DNA of 64,000 bases from the NCBI GenBank assembly GCA_040954595.2, contig CM082588.2, forward strand, positions 5,280,102-5,344,101. Direction: 5' to 3'. Below, piece by piece: positions 62,701 through 64,000 of this stretch (position 1 is the stretch's first letter; each line of letters opens with the position of its first letter). Both the position numbers and the translations under genes were made by a program. The notes under the pieces were generated by a model. That model was not told the origin of the DNA and searched no databases. It saw nothing but the letters and a program-made list of their open reading frames with translations. The stretch is from Balanoglossus misakiensis (Eukaryota > Animalia > Hemichordata).

Positions 62701-63846
62701 AAAATCATCCAAAAATGACAATTTTTCGACTTTGCGAAATATCAAAATTTCTTCATTTTTTTGAAAAAACCATGGGTTATAGCTCATGAAAATCATCCAA
62801 AAATGACAATTTTTCGACTTTGCGAAATATCAAAATTTCTTCATTTTTTTGAAAAAACCATGGGTTATAGCTCATGAAAATCATCCAAAAATGACAATTT
62901 TTCGACTTTGCGAAATATCAAAATTTCTTCATTTTTTTGAAAAAACCATGGGTTATAGCTCATGAAAATCATCCAAAAATGACAATTTTTCGACTTTGCG
63001 AAATATCAAAATTTCTTCATTTTTTTGAAAAAACCATGGGTTATAGCTCATGAAAATCATCCAAAAATGACAATTTTTCGACTTTGCGAAATATCAAAAT
63101 TTCTTCATTTTTTGAAAAAACCATGGGTTATAGCTCATGAAAATCATCCAAAAATGACAATTTTTCGACTTTGCGAAATATCAAAAATTCTTCATTTTTT
63201 TGAAAAAACCATGGGTTATAGCTCATGAAAATCATCCAAAAATGACAATTTTTCGACTTTGCGAAATATCAAAATTCTTCATTTTTTTGAAAAAACCATG
63301 GGTTATAGCTCATGAAAATCATCCAAAATGACAATTTTTCGACTTTGCGAAATATCAAAAATTCTTCATTTTTTTTGAAAAAAACCATGGGTTATAGCTC
63401 ATGAAAATCATCCAAAAATGACAATTTTTCGACTTTGCGAATATCAAAATTTCTTCATTTTTTTGAAAAAACCATGGGTTATAGCTCATGAAAATCATCC
63501 AAAAATGACAATTTTTCGACTTTGCGAAATATCAAAAATTCTTCATTTTTTGAAAAAACCATGGGTTATAGCTCATGAAAATCATCCAAAAATGACAATT
63601 TTTCGACTTTGCGAAATATCAAAAATTCTTCATTTTTTTGAAAAAACCATGGGTTATAGCTCATGAAAATCATCCAAAATGACAATTTTTCGACTTTGCG
63701 AAATATCAAAAATTCTTCATTTTTTTGAAAAAAACCATGGGTTATAGCTCATGAAAATCATCCAAAAATGACAATTTTTCGACTTTGCGAATTTTCGAAA
63801 TTTCTCCATTTTTTTGATAAAAACCATGGGTTATAGCTCATGAAAA
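56731..63846. repeat. 88-bp AT-rich satellite array, ~81 tandem copies
   Basis: Unit AATTTTTCGACTTTGCGAAATATCAAAATTTCTTCATTTTTTTGAAAAAACCATGGGTTATAGCTCATGAAAATCATCCAAAAATGAC. The period was measured from GGGTTATAG at 57401, 57489 and 57577. Both array ends lie inside the window. Confidence 0.98.
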
Positions 63847-64000
63847 ATGAATTATAAATATCGAATAGCAAAAACTGAATAACGATCATTTAAAAAATAA
63901 AACAAACAGACAACATTTTTATTCATGACTTTCTATCATCATATTGATTTATTTCCTAATTAAACGGGAATAAAACAAATCAGGGAGATAAAATTAACGA

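Noticed and set aside
56731-63846. Long regular repeat array as CRISPR or a repeat-protein gene
   Set aside because: The units are head-to-tail with no unique spacers and there are no cas genes. The 88-bp unit is not a multiple of 3, and the short ORFs arise only from homopolymer indels.

Overview
This window is eukaryotic, intron-rich DNA that looks like a marine invertebrate genome; the species cannot be determined from the sequence. It is not prokaryotic, and I found no CRISPR array, rRNA or tRNA. From left to right it holds: the first coding exon of a TNF-receptor-like gene with a TACI/BCMA-type cysteine-rich domain (-); two tandem 6-exon lambda-crystallin/L-gulonate 3-dehydrogenase (CRYL1) genes (+); a 9-coding-exon OATP/SLCO transporter (-); a 5-exon bHLH-Orange repressor of the DEC/clockwork-orange/HELT type (-) with tandem E-boxes upstream; a 5-exon bacterial-type creatinase (creatine amidinohydrolase) with an apparent mitochondrial presequence (+); two tandem membrane-anchored SGNH-hydrolase-like genes with intronless CDSs (+); and a ~7.1 kb array of an 88-bp satellite. 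There are also several TTAA-flanked foldback MITEs, a 40-bp minisatellite and microsatellites. The best candidate for new biology is the spliced, apparently mitochondrion-targeted creatinase, which would give an animal an enzymatic creatine -> sarcosine + urea route. Exon models were built by hand from GT-AG sites and reading-frame phase. Family calls rest on remembered motifs, not database searches.
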